DNA of 64,000 nt from Patescibacteria group bacterium. Lineage in GTDB: Bacteria; Patescibacteriota; Microgenomatia; UBA8517. The number at the start of each line of letters is the position of its first letter. The first letter of the stretch is position 1. Shown piece after piece: positions 37,679-47,577 of the stretch. The stretch spans positions 20,549 through 84,548 of the forward strand of contig DATDRP010000003.1 of NCBI GenBank assembly GCA_035291665.1. The letters run 5' to 3'. Below the pieces are notes generated by a model that worked only from the letters and a program-made list of their open reading frames with translations, did not search any database and was not told the DNA's origin. Position numbers and translations under genes: made by a program.

Positions 37679-40567
37679 ATGGCAATAACAGTCGTCCAAA
37701 ACCTGACACCAATTACAGAAGCAGACAGCACCACCGGATGGGTTGCCAGTCAGGGTACAACCGCAGCCGATACAGGCGTATACAGGGAAGCAACAGCCTC
37801 CATCGCTACAGAAATCCGTACTGCAGGAATGCAATATTTAATGTTTACAAGTACTACAACATGGAATCTGAGTAGCACTCATATCTACGCATGGTTAAAC
37901 TATCTTTTCGCAGCCGATTTGCAAAATAGAGCAACCGGAGGAATCAGAATCCGGGTTTCGACGACGTCCAGCGTAAATACCAACTACGGAGAATGGTATG
38001 TCGGAGGTTCGGATACCTATGGTGGAAGTTGGCGCTGTTTTGCACAAGACACATCGGCTGGTTTTAATGCAACATCCGGCACTCCACCAACTCTCTCTTC
38101 AATTGTAGGTGTAGGCTTTTCCTTTAATATTTTGAATACAGGTAAGGCTGTCGAGTCAACATTCGTCGACGCGATCCGCTATGGGGACGGTGTAACGGTT
38201 TATGCAGATGATACTGCAACTTATACAATGCAAAATATTTATGACGCCGTGGAAGCAAATACCAACGGTGCGGCTGCCGGAATAATCAGAAAAGAAGGAG
38301 GAGTCTACCTTGTTCAAGGGAAACTGCGTTTCGGAGATGCGTCAGGTACCAACTCCTTCTATTTTTCAGATACTAACCAAATTCTCGTATTTGAAGACGC
38401 AAACGTTTCGGCTTCACATTATGAAATTCTGGTTCAGGGAAACTCTACCGGAAACACTAGATTCCAACTGGGATCAGTGACTGGCAGCGGAACTTCTATG
38501 GTCGGATCGGAAGGTTTCGTCATTAAATCCGCAAATACATCACTACCCTTTGCTTTTAATGCAACCGATAACGATATTCAGCAATTTAAAATGTACGGAA
38601 GCACACTAGTAAATGCGGGTACTGTCAATCTCGGTAGTACTTCAACCGCGCTTGGAAAATCCGGATCGACGATACATCTTGTTGACAATAACTTTACAAA
38701 TCCGACACAGGTTGTCAGAAATATATCAAGTTCTGCTTCAGAAAATTATTCTGTCAGAAATAATATTGTATCTGCGAATAGCTCAAGGGCATCGCTTAAT
38801 ATATATGACGGAGTTACAACGACATCCGGCCAATGGACAATTACCGAAGGTAAAGGATTTGAAGACTCTGCAACGGCTGCAACTGTTACCGTTTCCGGTG
38901 AACCATTTCCTAATACGACTGCAAATAAACCATATGTTTCAGTATTGGATAGCGCTTCGGCAATATGGAATCTAAACGATGTGAGTGACAGCGCTGGAGG
39001 AAGAATTAGTGTTACCGACCAAACGGAAATAGCTTTTGATGGAAATTCAAATGGACAAGTTAATGAACAATACACTGTTACATGGAAAACCCAAACACCG
39101 GAAGGTACTGCTGTATCAACATCCAGGGTGAAAATAGTTGCAAGCGACAATGGTTCCGGAAGCCCTGCACTCGAAAACGAAGGATCGAGTAATGGCACTG
39201 GAGATGCAACTACTACATATTTACGTGCAAGATTTGTTCCAAGCGGCGCATCATCATTAACCACTACTACTCATGTCCCGGCTGCATTCAAAAGCTATAA
39301 ATACGGGAAGCTTCCCTTCTACACATCAGCTACAATTAATCAACCTGTTTCTGTTACCGCTACACATACTCCGGATCTTTATCAAGTAGAAACAACTGCT
39401 GCAACTGCTGTCTCAGCAGGAGAATCCGGAACTGCAGTAAGCATTTTGGAAGCTTCAACAAATGAACATTCATTAATTAAATTTGTCAATGGAGCAGGCG
39501 GAACTTTATCCAATGATGATACTATCACTGCATCAGGAGCTTCTCCTGCAACAGGACAAGTCGTAGGGAAAATTATTGAGGGCGATAGTGCTGCTGGAAC
39601 AATTCTTCTTGATAACCGAAACGGATCAACTTACGATAACGGGGAAACTTTAAGCAACGGTTCGGGCTGGACCGCTAACTATACAAACAGCTCCGAACAA
39701 AGGTTCCACTGGATTGTCGACGCCGGATTAAGTCAATCACGATCAGCTCAGACACTTTATGACTATATAATGGCTAAACTTGATGAAGCCACAGCAGATA
39801 CTTCACCTACCATTGACAAACTGATAATCGATGGAAGGGCAGAATTTGGTACTCCTTACCAGGGTGTATCAACAAGTCCTAATAAATTTAAGACTGTTAG
39901 GAATGTTTCTTTGACTCGCGGATGGGCGATCGCGAATTTAAACAACTTAAGCTTAATTACACAGTTCACTGACAATGCTGGAACCGCTTTCACTCCAGCC
40001 GCGACTGTTAACCTAACAGTCACAATAAAAAATCAGGCTGGTACTAACCTTGCGGGTGTTGAAGTAGCAATTTTCCAGGACAACGCAGCAAGAACCGTAG
40101 TTCTTGCTTCCACTCCCACTGATGAAGATGGTCAGGTGACAACTACTGTTGTTTCAGGACTTGGAGCTATCATCATCCGTGCCCGCCAAAGCACCGAAAT
40201 TGCCACTTTTCTAACATCTCAAGCATTCACCTCAGAGCTTGTAACAACAGTTGAATCAAACCATAATTTTCAAACTGGTGATCCGGTTGTTTACAGCAAG
40301 GATGGCGGCAGCGCAACTATTGGTTTAACGGAAGGAACAACCTATTATGTCCGTGAAGATACTGCCAACACATTGTATCTTTATGATACTGCTGCTCACG
40401 CAGTCGCAGGTGGTGGCACCGGATTGAAGGATCTGACAACAAATGGTGCTGAAACACACCAACTAAACCCGGTTAGGTATGTTGCCGGAAGTGCAACAGG
40501 AACTGTCGGTTCAACTGACTTCTCTTCTCAAATCACGTTAGTAACGGATAATATTGCGACGGGGTAA
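37679..40567 (+). CDS. Large signal-peptide-less, virion-structural-like protein A
   Basis: 962 aa T/S/G-rich; NHNFQTGDPVVY..GL..GTTYYV module; C-terminal domain shared with the 41041 and 44215 ORFs. Confidence 0.6.
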   Translation: MAITVVQNLTPITEADSTTGWVASQGTTAADTGVYREATASIATEIRTAGMQYLMFTSTTTWNLSSTHIYAWLNYLFAADLQNRATGGIRIRVSTTSSVNTNYGEWYVGGSDTYGGSWRCFAQDTSAGFNATSGTPPTLSSIVGVGFSFNILNTGKAVESTFVDAIRYGDGVTVYADDTATYTMQNIYDAVEANTNGAAAGIIRKEGGVYLVQGKLRFGDASGTNSFYFSDTNQILVFEDANVSASHYEILVQGNSTGNTRFQLGSVTGSGTSMVGSEGFVIKSANTSLPFAFNATDNDIQQFKMYGSTLVNAGTVNLGSTSTALGKSGSTIHLVDNNFTNPTQVVRNISSSASENYSVRNNIVSANSSRASLNIYDGVTTTSGQWTITEGKGFEDSATAATVTVSGEPFPNTTANKPYVSVLDSASAIWNLNDVSDSAGGRISVTDQTEIAFDGNSNGQVNEQYTVTWKTQTPEGTAVSTSRVKIVASDNGSGSPALENEGSSNGTGDATTTYLRARFVPSGASSLTTTTHVPAAFKSYKYGKLPFYTSATINQPVSVTATHTPDLYQVETTAATAVSAGESGTAVSILEASTNEHSLIKFVNGAGGTLSNDDTITASGASPATGQVVGKIIEGDSAAGTILLDNRNGSTYDNGETLSNGSGWTANYTNSSEQRFHWIVDAGLSQSRSAQTLYDYIMAKLDEATADTSPTIDKLIIDGRAEFGTPYQGVSTSPNKFKTVRNVSLTRGWAIANLNNLSLITQFTDNAGTAFTPAATVNLTVTIKNQAGTNLAGVEVAIFQDNAARTVVLASTPTDEDGQVTTTVVSGLGAIIIRARQSTEIATFLTSQAFTSELVTTVESNHNFQTGDPVVYSKDGGSATIGLTEGTTYYVREDTANTLYLYDTAAHAVAGGGTGLKDLTTNGAETHQLNPVRYVAGSATGTVGSTDFSSQITLVTDNIATG

Positions 40568-40569
40568 AT

Positions 40570-41035
40570 ATGAATCATGAATTATGAATTAAGAAGTATG
40601 AAGAAAGAATTAAAGAAAATAAAAAATTTTACGGATTTGAATGTTTGGAAAGAAGCCCACAAACTTGTACTTACCGTGTATAAAATAACTAAGAAATTTC
40701 CTAAAGATGAACAATTCGGCTTGATAAACCAATTAAGACGTGCAGTTGTTTCAATAACATCTAATATTTCAGAAGGATTTAGCAGATATTCTTATAAAGA
40801 AAAGTCCCAATTTTACTTCATGGCACTTGGATCCCTAACGGAAGTTCAGAATCAATTAATAATAGCTAAAGACTTAAAGTACATTACCAGCAATGAATAT
40901 TATCAACTAGAAGAGTTGACTGTTGTTGTAAGTAAATTACTAAACGGTCTTATCAAAGTATCTAAAACTAAAATTCATGATTCGTGATTTATTGATGTTT
41001 AATACCATGATTCATAATTCTTGATTCGTGATTCA
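40570..41035. repeat. Inverted heptamer arms around four-helix-bundle gene 2
   Basis: Upstream gaatcatgaattatgaattaag versus downstream catgattcataattcttgattc: 19/22 reverse-complement match. Confidence 0.85.
40577..40987 (+). CDS. Four-helix-bundle protein (23S rRNA IVP / Avd-like family)
   Basis: FTDLNVWKEAH...FPKDEQFGLINQLRRAVVSITSNISEG...ALGSLTEV; true start may be 40598. Confidence 0.93.
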   Translation: MNYELRSMKKELKKIKNFTDLNVWKEAHKLVLTVYKITKKFPKDEQFGLINQLRRAVVSITSNISEGFSRYSYKEKSQFYFMALGSLTEVQNQLIIAKDLKYITSNEYYQLEELTVVVSKLLNGLIKVSKTKIHDS

Positions 41036-41040
41036 AATAT

Positions 41041-43479
41041 ATGAGTAGTGTAATTCTCACCAATTGGACAGTTTTCTATTCGGATGATACCGGAGCCGGA
41101 AATGGATATAAACAAATCCGCTGGACGGGTGCTGGTGCACCTGAAACAAATACTAACACAGCGAATGAACTTTATTCAGCGGTTGCCGACCTCTTTTCCG
41201 TCCCAGCTCAAAATAATGCAAACGACACTGTCCCGATGCAGGCAGTAACACCAACCGTTTATAATATCGGATCATTCGACGCAGGTGATCTTGAACCTTG
41301 GTTTATCGATCCTGTCAGCATCCGTCATTTAACCGGAGGGTCACTTGAGTCTGTAAATTGGACCAGGGATTTGACTGCACGAACTGGTTCAAGAGGAATT
41401 GTAAAAATTCCCCGCTCAGGATCCAACATTGTTTCTGGTGATGTCGGAACGACAATTACCAATGACACCGATGGCGATACCGGAACATTACTGTATGTTG
41501 AAACAAGCTATTTGTGGATCAGGCCAACAAATAACTTGGCGGGTAATGATTGGGATTCAACAGGCACTACAACAATTACCTGTAATACCCATAGTGATTC
41601 CCAAACCGGTGCAAGCACAAATGGCGAGCGTCTTTGGTCAAATATTTACACACTTGGTACTATTGCAGCAAATACCAGAATTTATATCTACCAAAATTTT
41701 TCACCTATCACAAACTTCTGGGGCGACGGACATGTTGACAGGTTGTATTTGGTTAATGACGGATTTGATGCGGGTCTTATTGACGATGGTCTTCTTACAA
41801 TTTTTGCCAGACAGTATGGAATTCTTTACGATCACTATTCTATCGACGTGACTCTTGGCGGCCGCAACCCTGTCCCTTTGGCCACATCTGACGATACAAA
41901 CAATGATACAGGTTACCGGTCAATGACAATCACCGGCGCTACAGGTAATTATATTGAGGGAGAAGTAATTTCTAATGGTACCAATGCAAGCGGCATTGTT
42001 ACTTTAGAAACGGGAGATCCCACTACCACCCTATACTATTATCTGGTCGGTGATCTGACTACTGATTTTTCAACCTCTCAAACCATAACCGGAGCTACCT
42101 CCAGTGTAACCGGAACCTCAGGGACATTTGCAAATAATGGTCCCACAGCCTTATCGGGTATAACTATTACCTTTGGCCAAACTCAGGAAGACATCGGCGT
42201 CGGTGGCAACCAACCTTATGATGTCTCAATAAATTGCGGCGGCTACCTACTAAGTCAAATTTACGAATATTTAAAATATGTCACCCGGGGAGGAAATATC
42301 AGTGATATCGATTCCGGGGGGCAAACAGTTACGGGACAACGCTATATTACTGCAGGCGACGTCAGACTCTCCTATGACAGTCAAACAGTTAATTTTTTGG
42401 AGGGGGCGACCCTCACAGGTCAATCTAGCGGAGCAACCGGAATCATTACCGCCGACCACGACGCTGGAACTACAGGAACGCTTATTGTCCGTGATGTACG
42501 TGGAACTTTTCAAGACAATGAAAATATCCAAGACGATCAAGGTACTCCGGGTAACGCGGATATTATTGCAACGGGTGGAATCGAATCGACTTTGGTTCAA
42601 AAAGCTGCACCTTTCGGAACTTTTGCCGGAGGTGTATTTTTTGGTGCAAGAGGAGTTTGGATTCACAGTATGCACTCGGATGATGCCAATAACTATGAGC
42701 TCATCGACTCAAATGGAGTTGTCCGAAATCCCCCTCTAACAGTTTCAATATCTGTTCATGTTGAAAACTCTTCCGCTACCGCTATCGAAGGCGCACAAGT
42801 ATTTGTCCGGAAATCGGGTTATTACTATAGTTACACATCAGCAGCCGGAAACAATACTGCTGATACGGATTTTATTGTAACAGGAGCAGTCGACACCGAT
42901 CTGCCTCAAACCGGGTGGCTGCATATTTGGGATGCATCAGCAAATACCAAGCAAAACTATCGTTATCAAAGTTGGTCGACTTCAACCAACTCTACTTTTC
43001 AGCTGAACACTGCAGTATCCGGGTCCGCAACCAGTACTCACGCTGATCCAACCACCCACCTTGTTTCAACCTCAACAAACTTTTTAACTTCAGATATCGA
43101 AGAGGGCGACACGATAAGAAATACGACAACCGGTGCTTGGGCAATTGTCGATGAAATTGTTGATGCGGATAATATTACAACTTCCGCTTTATCAAGCGGT
43201 CAATGGACAAGCGGTGACGGGTTTTCTTTTCATACTCTGGCCATTAATTACGAAAACGCTGTAGACAAGGTGGACATCCCGATTTTTAACGGCCAAACAA
43301 ATGCGAGCGGCAACGTCTCATCAACTTATGGCGGTTCGCTACCAATTTCTGTTATCGTGAGAGTCAGATCAAACCAAGGATCACCAAAATATATTCCATA
43401 CAACACCTCAGGGACCGTTACAACGAACGGGTATTCGCTTAATGCCGTATTAACGCAGGATACGGTAGCAGGTACTTAA
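41041..43479 (+). CDS. Large signal-peptide-less, virion-structural-like protein B
   Basis: 812 aa; APFGTFAGGVFFGARGVW, GRNPVPLAT, F..G.T.TG.SSGATG repeats; paralogue of the 44215 ORF. Confidence 0.6.
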   Translation: MSSVILTNWTVFYSDDTGAGNGYKQIRWTGAGAPETNTNTANELYSAVADLFSVPAQNNANDTVPMQAVTPTVYNIGSFDAGDLEPWFIDPVSIRHLTGGSLESVNWTRDLTARTGSRGIVKIPRSGSNIVSGDVGTTITNDTDGDTGTLLYVETSYLWIRPTNNLAGNDWDSTGTTTITCNTHSDSQTGASTNGERLWSNIYTLGTIAANTRIYIYQNFSPITNFWGDGHVDRLYLVNDGFDAGLIDDGLLTIFARQYGILYDHYSIDVTLGGRNPVPLATSDDTNNDTGYRSMTITGATGNYIEGEVISNGTNASGIVTLETGDPTTTLYYYLVGDLTTDFSTSQTITGATSSVTGTSGTFANNGPTALSGITITFGQTQEDIGVGGNQPYDVSINCGGYLLSQIYEYLKYVTRGGNISDIDSGGQTVTGQRYITAGDVRLSYDSQTVNFLEGATLTGQSSGATGIITADHDAGTTGTLIVRDVRGTFQDNENIQDDQGTPGNADIIATGGIESTLVQKAAPFGTFAGGVFFGARGVWIHSMHSDDANNYELIDSNGVVRNPPLTVSISVHVENSSATAIEGAQVFVRKSGYYYSYTSAAGNNTADTDFIVTGAVDTDLPQTGWLHIWDASANTKQNYRYQSWSTSTNSTFQLNTAVSGSATSTHADPTTHLVSTSTNFLTSDIEEGDTIRNTTTGAWAIVDEIVDADNITTSALSSGQWTSGDGFSFHTLAINYENAVDKVDIPIFNGQTNASGNVSSTYGGSLPISVIVRVRSNQGSPKYIPYNTSGTVTTNGYSLNAVLTQDTVAGT

Positions 43480-43624
43480 ATATAAAAAATAAGTCAGCTC
43501 GAATTGGTAATGGGGATTACAAAAATAATCTCCAATAGGGTCTTGATTTTATACCGGCATATAGTTCATATTAAATATATGCATTTTGTAGACTGAGGCT
43601 ACTCGGAGTAAATGCCGATTGTTC

Positions 43625-43999
43625 ATGAAAATTAAAATTGTCAGATATCCATATTATGATCATAAGGTTGGCGAGATCGTAAATTTCGGTGAAGAAAAGA
43701 ACCGGTCACTTGTTTCATTCCAAAAAGCAGTTTGGGTTGATGATAAAGGCAATCCCCCTGTCGAGAAAGGCAGGAAGAAATTAGTAAACCAAGCAAAAAC
43801 ATTGTTATCGAAATCGTCCAATAAACCAAAAAAATTTCTTTCAAATAAACTATCCGAAAAGGTTCAGCAAAAGAAAAAAGAAATTCAAATTGAAGATGTT
43901 CAGAAACCTGTTGAATTAAAAACACAAAATTCTGAAGGGGCGAATTCTGAAGACGATAAGGCAGTTGAAAAGAAAAGTTTTTGGGATCGCTTGAAATAG
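43625..43999 (+). CDS. Hypothetical Lys-rich protein
   Basis: ORF in operon orientation; short N-terminal domain KIKIVR...HKVGEIV and a charged tail. Confidence 0.55.
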   Translation: MKIKIVRYPYYDHKVGEIVNFGEEKNRSLVSFQKAVWVDDKGNPPVEKGRKKLVNQAKTLLSKSSNKPKKFLSNKLSEKVQQKKKEIQIEDVQKPVELKTQNSEGANSEDDKAVEKKSFWDRLK

Positions 44000-44000
44000 A

Positions 44001-44204
44001 ATGAAAATTTTTAATCTGCATTCTAACGCGAAAAAAGAAGTAAAAAATTTAAAAAAAGTTTCTCATGAAGAATATGATCAATTGGGTAAACTAAAATCAA
44101 ATCAATACGTAGAATTTACGGTAATCGGCAAAAACAGGTCATGGATTGATTTCATGCCTTTGAAGGTTTTCAAGAAATTAAATCCTAATGTAATATTAAA
44201 ATAA
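44001..44204 (+). CDS. Small hypothetical protein
   Basis: 67 aa, tightly packed between neighbours (1-nt and 10-nt gaps). Confidence 0.6.
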   Translation: MKIFNLHSNAKKEVKNLKKVSHEEYDQLGKLKSNQYVEFTVIGKNRSWIDFMPLKVFKKLNPNVILK

Positions 44205-44214
44205 CTAATTAAAC

Positions 44215-47055
44215 ATGGCTATCCAAAACGACTTTACGATTTATCCGGCAACAAAAACAATACGTCATACTTCAGGTACTGCCGTATACGACACGGTCGA
44301 TTTTTATACCTGGTTAATGGACACCTTTGACGAACCGGGATATCTAACATACGAAACACCGATCAGGTATAACACACCTACATCATTCACTATGATTAAC
44401 GGTTGGTTTTTGGATAATGGTGACGGCGATGGTGTTACAGTTGCATTGGGAAATATTCTTCAATATCTGACCGGCGGAGGTATTGATACGTCAGGGTATT
44501 CAACAGTAAATGATCCGATTTTAATGGTAGATATGGACGGAACAACGGACTTTGTATACTCCGATCTTGATAACACTGTTGTTGCAAATACCACAGAGGA
44601 TGTCGGACCTCTGCTTGCTTTTAAAAACGACTACCCGGCAGCAGGTAGGGCAAGAATTTGGGTGAGGGATACAAACACACATGGTGCAATTTCAGATAAT
44701 GACACCATTGCAGTTACCGGTGGGACAGGTGCTGGTGATGCTCTTGGTGCGTCAGCCAGCGGAGACGAAATCTATCACAACCTCTTTACAATTGCTTCAT
44801 TCCCGACTGATGTTAATCCCCAAGTTTATGTTTATCAACGTCACCCTGTAACGGCAGGAAGCTATAACGTTAGGGTTCGTATTGCCGAGTGGTCGGCTTT
44901 CACCAACTGGGATCGGGGTTCCATTGATGTACTTATTCCTGTACAGCTTGGTGGGGCTGCGATTGATGGTGGAAATATTTCAACATTTGTACGTCAAACC
45001 GGAGACACCTTTACTTATGTTACTTCTACTCTTACCTCTTCCGGTAGAACACCGATCGCTACGGAAACTTCAGCCGATGAGGTAAACATCACTAAAGGTG
45101 AGCACTATCTCCTCTATGACACTTCCAACACAGGTTCCTTCTCTGTTGACGATGTCATATCAAACCGTGACCTATCTGCAGGAATTCCGCCGGATTGGTA
45201 CGCCGAAGTTGTTGCCGTAGACGAATTTGCAAGCACGACCGAGGGTATGCTAACACTTCGGGGGTTAAGAGGGGTAATTGCAAATAATGATGCAATTTTT
45301 GTCAGTAATGTCCAGGAAGCTTTGGTAAACGGTAAAGTTGGTGATACCTATTTCACCTACACCGGAGGTACGGATCCAACAACACTTGATCAAGTCATGA
45401 CAGGAAGTTCATCAGGAGCCAAAAGGATTCTCCGGGGTGTTGACGCAACAGAAAATTATTTAGTCCTTCAAGATGATCCAACCATAACCGGCTCAAACCG
45501 TAATGCATACTACAAAGACTTTACAACCGGCGATACTGTTACAGGAGCGACCAATGGATCAGTTACCCCGGACGCTACTTCGGTAACCTTAATTTCCGGC
45601 TATAACGATATAACAGTTGCACATGTCAACGGAACTATAGTGGTCAACGGTTTTTCCGGAACATTCCTGCGCGGTGAAAGAGTCACCTGGACAGGTGGTG
45701 GACCGGCAATTGTGATTTATACAGATGGCTCCAGTACGATGACATTGGGAAATGTCGAGGACGAAACAGCCCTTACCACAAGCGGTTTAACAATTACAGG
45801 ACAACGATCCACTGCAACTTGCACTACTAATGGAACCGGAGGTATGACAGATAGCAATACCCAACAGTTCAACTTTACTCTCCAATCATTCGCCGCAAAC
45901 TATTCTGTCTTTATTCAAGGGGGTTCAATTTATAACGCCAGTAGTGAAGGAAGATCTCTTACCGATATCTATGCCTATTTGCAGTATTACCTTCGAGACG
46001 GTCAGGATATATCAAGCAGGGTGATTTACACTTCAGATGCTTCGAGTATATTAGAAGTCGCCGCAGAGGAATACGTCAAAGCTGACGTCGACTACTCTGC
46101 TACCAAGCAGGCTCCTTTCGGAACATTGGCTGGAGGAGTTTTCTTTGGAGCACAAGCAGTCTGGGTTGAAGGTATGAGTTCAACTGATAATAACAATATC
46201 AAGTTCACTGATGCGGGCGGAACTCTAAGACAACCTTTCACCTCCATCACCCTATCAATAACAAATACAAGAGAATTCGATAGAATCGCTGTTTATCCTA
46301 AGCATTTAACATTATCGCTTCCGAATAAAACTCAGTATACAAGTCACGCGACAACTAATGCTTTGAGTGACACAACATTCGACGCTCCCGATACGGTCAC
46401 TTTCCCCAACGACACTCCGACGTCCGGAACTTTTATTGTTGTTGATAATTCAGCCAGTGAGGAACACAGATACAGATATTCCGCTTTTGACAATCTCGGC
46501 GGTACAGGAACTAATGATGGAGAATTATTCCTTCCTTCCGATGCGTCACAGGGGGGTGCTGTTGCGGGTACAGCAACAGGTGGGTCAGATGGTCAAACTC
46601 TCTTTGATTCAGCAGCAAGTTTTGGCGGCACTGAGGATGTCGTGGTTGGAGACATAATAAGAAGAACCAATAACGAAGGCGGATGGGCATATGTTGTGAC
46701 TGTTAATTCAACAACGCAATTGACTACTACACTATTCAACGCAGGAATTACTGCCGGATGGGATGAAACAGCAACAGCCGACGCTTATGAAATTAATGAA
46801 TTAGTAGTTGCTTATACTGGTTCCGATACGTTTTTCATCCCCTATCTGGATACAATTGAAGATGTCGGAGATGACGGCTCACCCGGTTCTGTAACTCAGT
46901 CTCTTACTTATGTTTCTGACCGAAACGTTGTGGTTGAAGTAAGAAACGTCCAAAATACAACCCAAATCCAGCCGTTTAAAACTACAGGTACTATTGGATC
47001 AAACGGTTTAACCCAGTCTGTCATCCGAAATGAAGATACAGTCTACGGAACATAA
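44215..47055 (+). CDS. Large signal-peptide-less, virion-structural-like protein C
   Basis: 946 aa; MAIQNDFTI...IRHTSGT..Y....FYTWLMD; APFGTLAGGVFFGAQAVW; shared C-terminal domain. Confidence 0.6.
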   Translation: MAIQNDFTIYPATKTIRHTSGTAVYDTVDFYTWLMDTFDEPGYLTYETPIRYNTPTSFTMINGWFLDNGDGDGVTVALGNILQYLTGGGIDTSGYSTVNDPILMVDMDGTTDFVYSDLDNTVVANTTEDVGPLLAFKNDYPAAGRARIWVRDTNTHGAISDNDTIAVTGGTGAGDALGASASGDEIYHNLFTIASFPTDVNPQVYVYQRHPVTAGSYNVRVRIAEWSAFTNWDRGSIDVLIPVQLGGAAIDGGNISTFVRQTGDTFTYVTSTLTSSGRTPIATETSADEVNITKGEHYLLYDTSNTGSFSVDDVISNRDLSAGIPPDWYAEVVAVDEFASTTEGMLTLRGLRGVIANNDAIFVSNVQEALVNGKVGDTYFTYTGGTDPTTLDQVMTGSSSGAKRILRGVDATENYLVLQDDPTITGSNRNAYYKDFTTGDTVTGATNGSVTPDATSVTLISGYNDITVAHVNGTIVVNGFSGTFLRGERVTWTGGGPAIVIYTDGSSTMTLGNVEDETALTTSGLTITGQRSTATCTTNGTGGMTDSNTQQFNFTLQSFAANYSVFIQGGSIYNASSEGRSLTDIYAYLQYYLRDGQDISSRVIYTSDASSILEVAAEEYVKADVDYSATKQAPFGTLAGGVFFGAQAVWVEGMSSTDNNNIKFTDAGGTLRQPFTSITLSITNTREFDRIAVYPKHLTLSLPNKTQYTSHATTNALSDTTFDAPDTVTFPNDTPTSGTFIVVDNSASEEHRYRYSAFDNLGGTGTNDGELFLPSDASQGGAVAGTATGGSDGQTLFDSAASFGGTEDVVVGDIIRRTNNEGGWAYVVTVNSTTQLTTTLFNAGITAGWDETATADAYEINELVVAYTGSDTFFIPYLDTIEDVGDDGSPGSVTQSLTYVSDRNVVVEVRNVQNTTQIQPFKTTGTIGSNGLTQSVIRNEDTVYGT

Positions 47056-47077
47056 ACTTATTTAATAATTGGGAGTT

Positions 47078-47518
47078 TTAATTCTTACTTCTTAACTCAT
47101 CTTTTTCCAGTTTTGCTCTTATTGTAAGCATTTCAAGCCCTTTTGCGGTTTCCCCTAAGACATAAAGAAGCTGTCCGTAATTGTAATATGCGGCTTTATA
47201 TCTGGGATAAATGTTAATTGCCCGCCGGTAGCACCTTTTTGCATACTCATGATTACCCATTGATGTATAAACATTTCCCAAATTGTTATAAATTACGGCA
47301 CTATAAGGCTTTATACTCAGCGCTTTTTCAAAAATATCCTCTGCTTCTTTCAGAAATCCTACATTTTTAAGCGCGACTCCCAAATTACAGAATGCCCGGA
47401 AGAAATTTGGATCGAGCCGGATCGCATCTTTGTAGCTATTTATTGCAGAGGGTAAATTGCCGTTTTTTAACAAGGAATTCCCCATCTGGTAATAAATTTT
47501 GGCTTGCTTGCGTTTCAT
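47078..47518 (-). CDS. TPR repeat protein
   Basis: AKIYYQMGN...AFCNLGVAL...IYNNLGNVY...AYYNYG; ATG at 47518 avoids overlap with the divergent gene. Confidence 0.9.
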   Translation of the reverse strand: MKRKQAKIYYQMGNSLLKNGNLPSAINSYKDAIRLDPNFFRAFCNLGVALKNVGFLKEAEDIFEKALSIKPYSAVIYNNLGNVYTSMGNHEYAKRCYRRAINIYPRYKAAYYNYGQLLYVLGETAKGLEMLTIRAKLEKDELRSKN

Positions 47519-47577
47519 AATTAGATGAAAACCAAGTGCTCTTAACCCTCGGTTGTTTATTATATATAATCTATTAT

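Noticed and set aside
37625-37834. Cys-rich 69-aa minus-strand ORF resembling a RiPP or metallothionein
   Set aside because: Antisense shadow of Thr/Ala codons in the 37679 gene; non-ATG start and no maturation genes nearby
5657-40987. Diversity-generating retroelement, since the four-helix-bundle proteins are Avd-like
   Set aside because: No reverse transcriptase in the window and no template/variable repeat pair with adenine-specific differences; the 801-nt duplication is within one gene and I saw no A-only pattern
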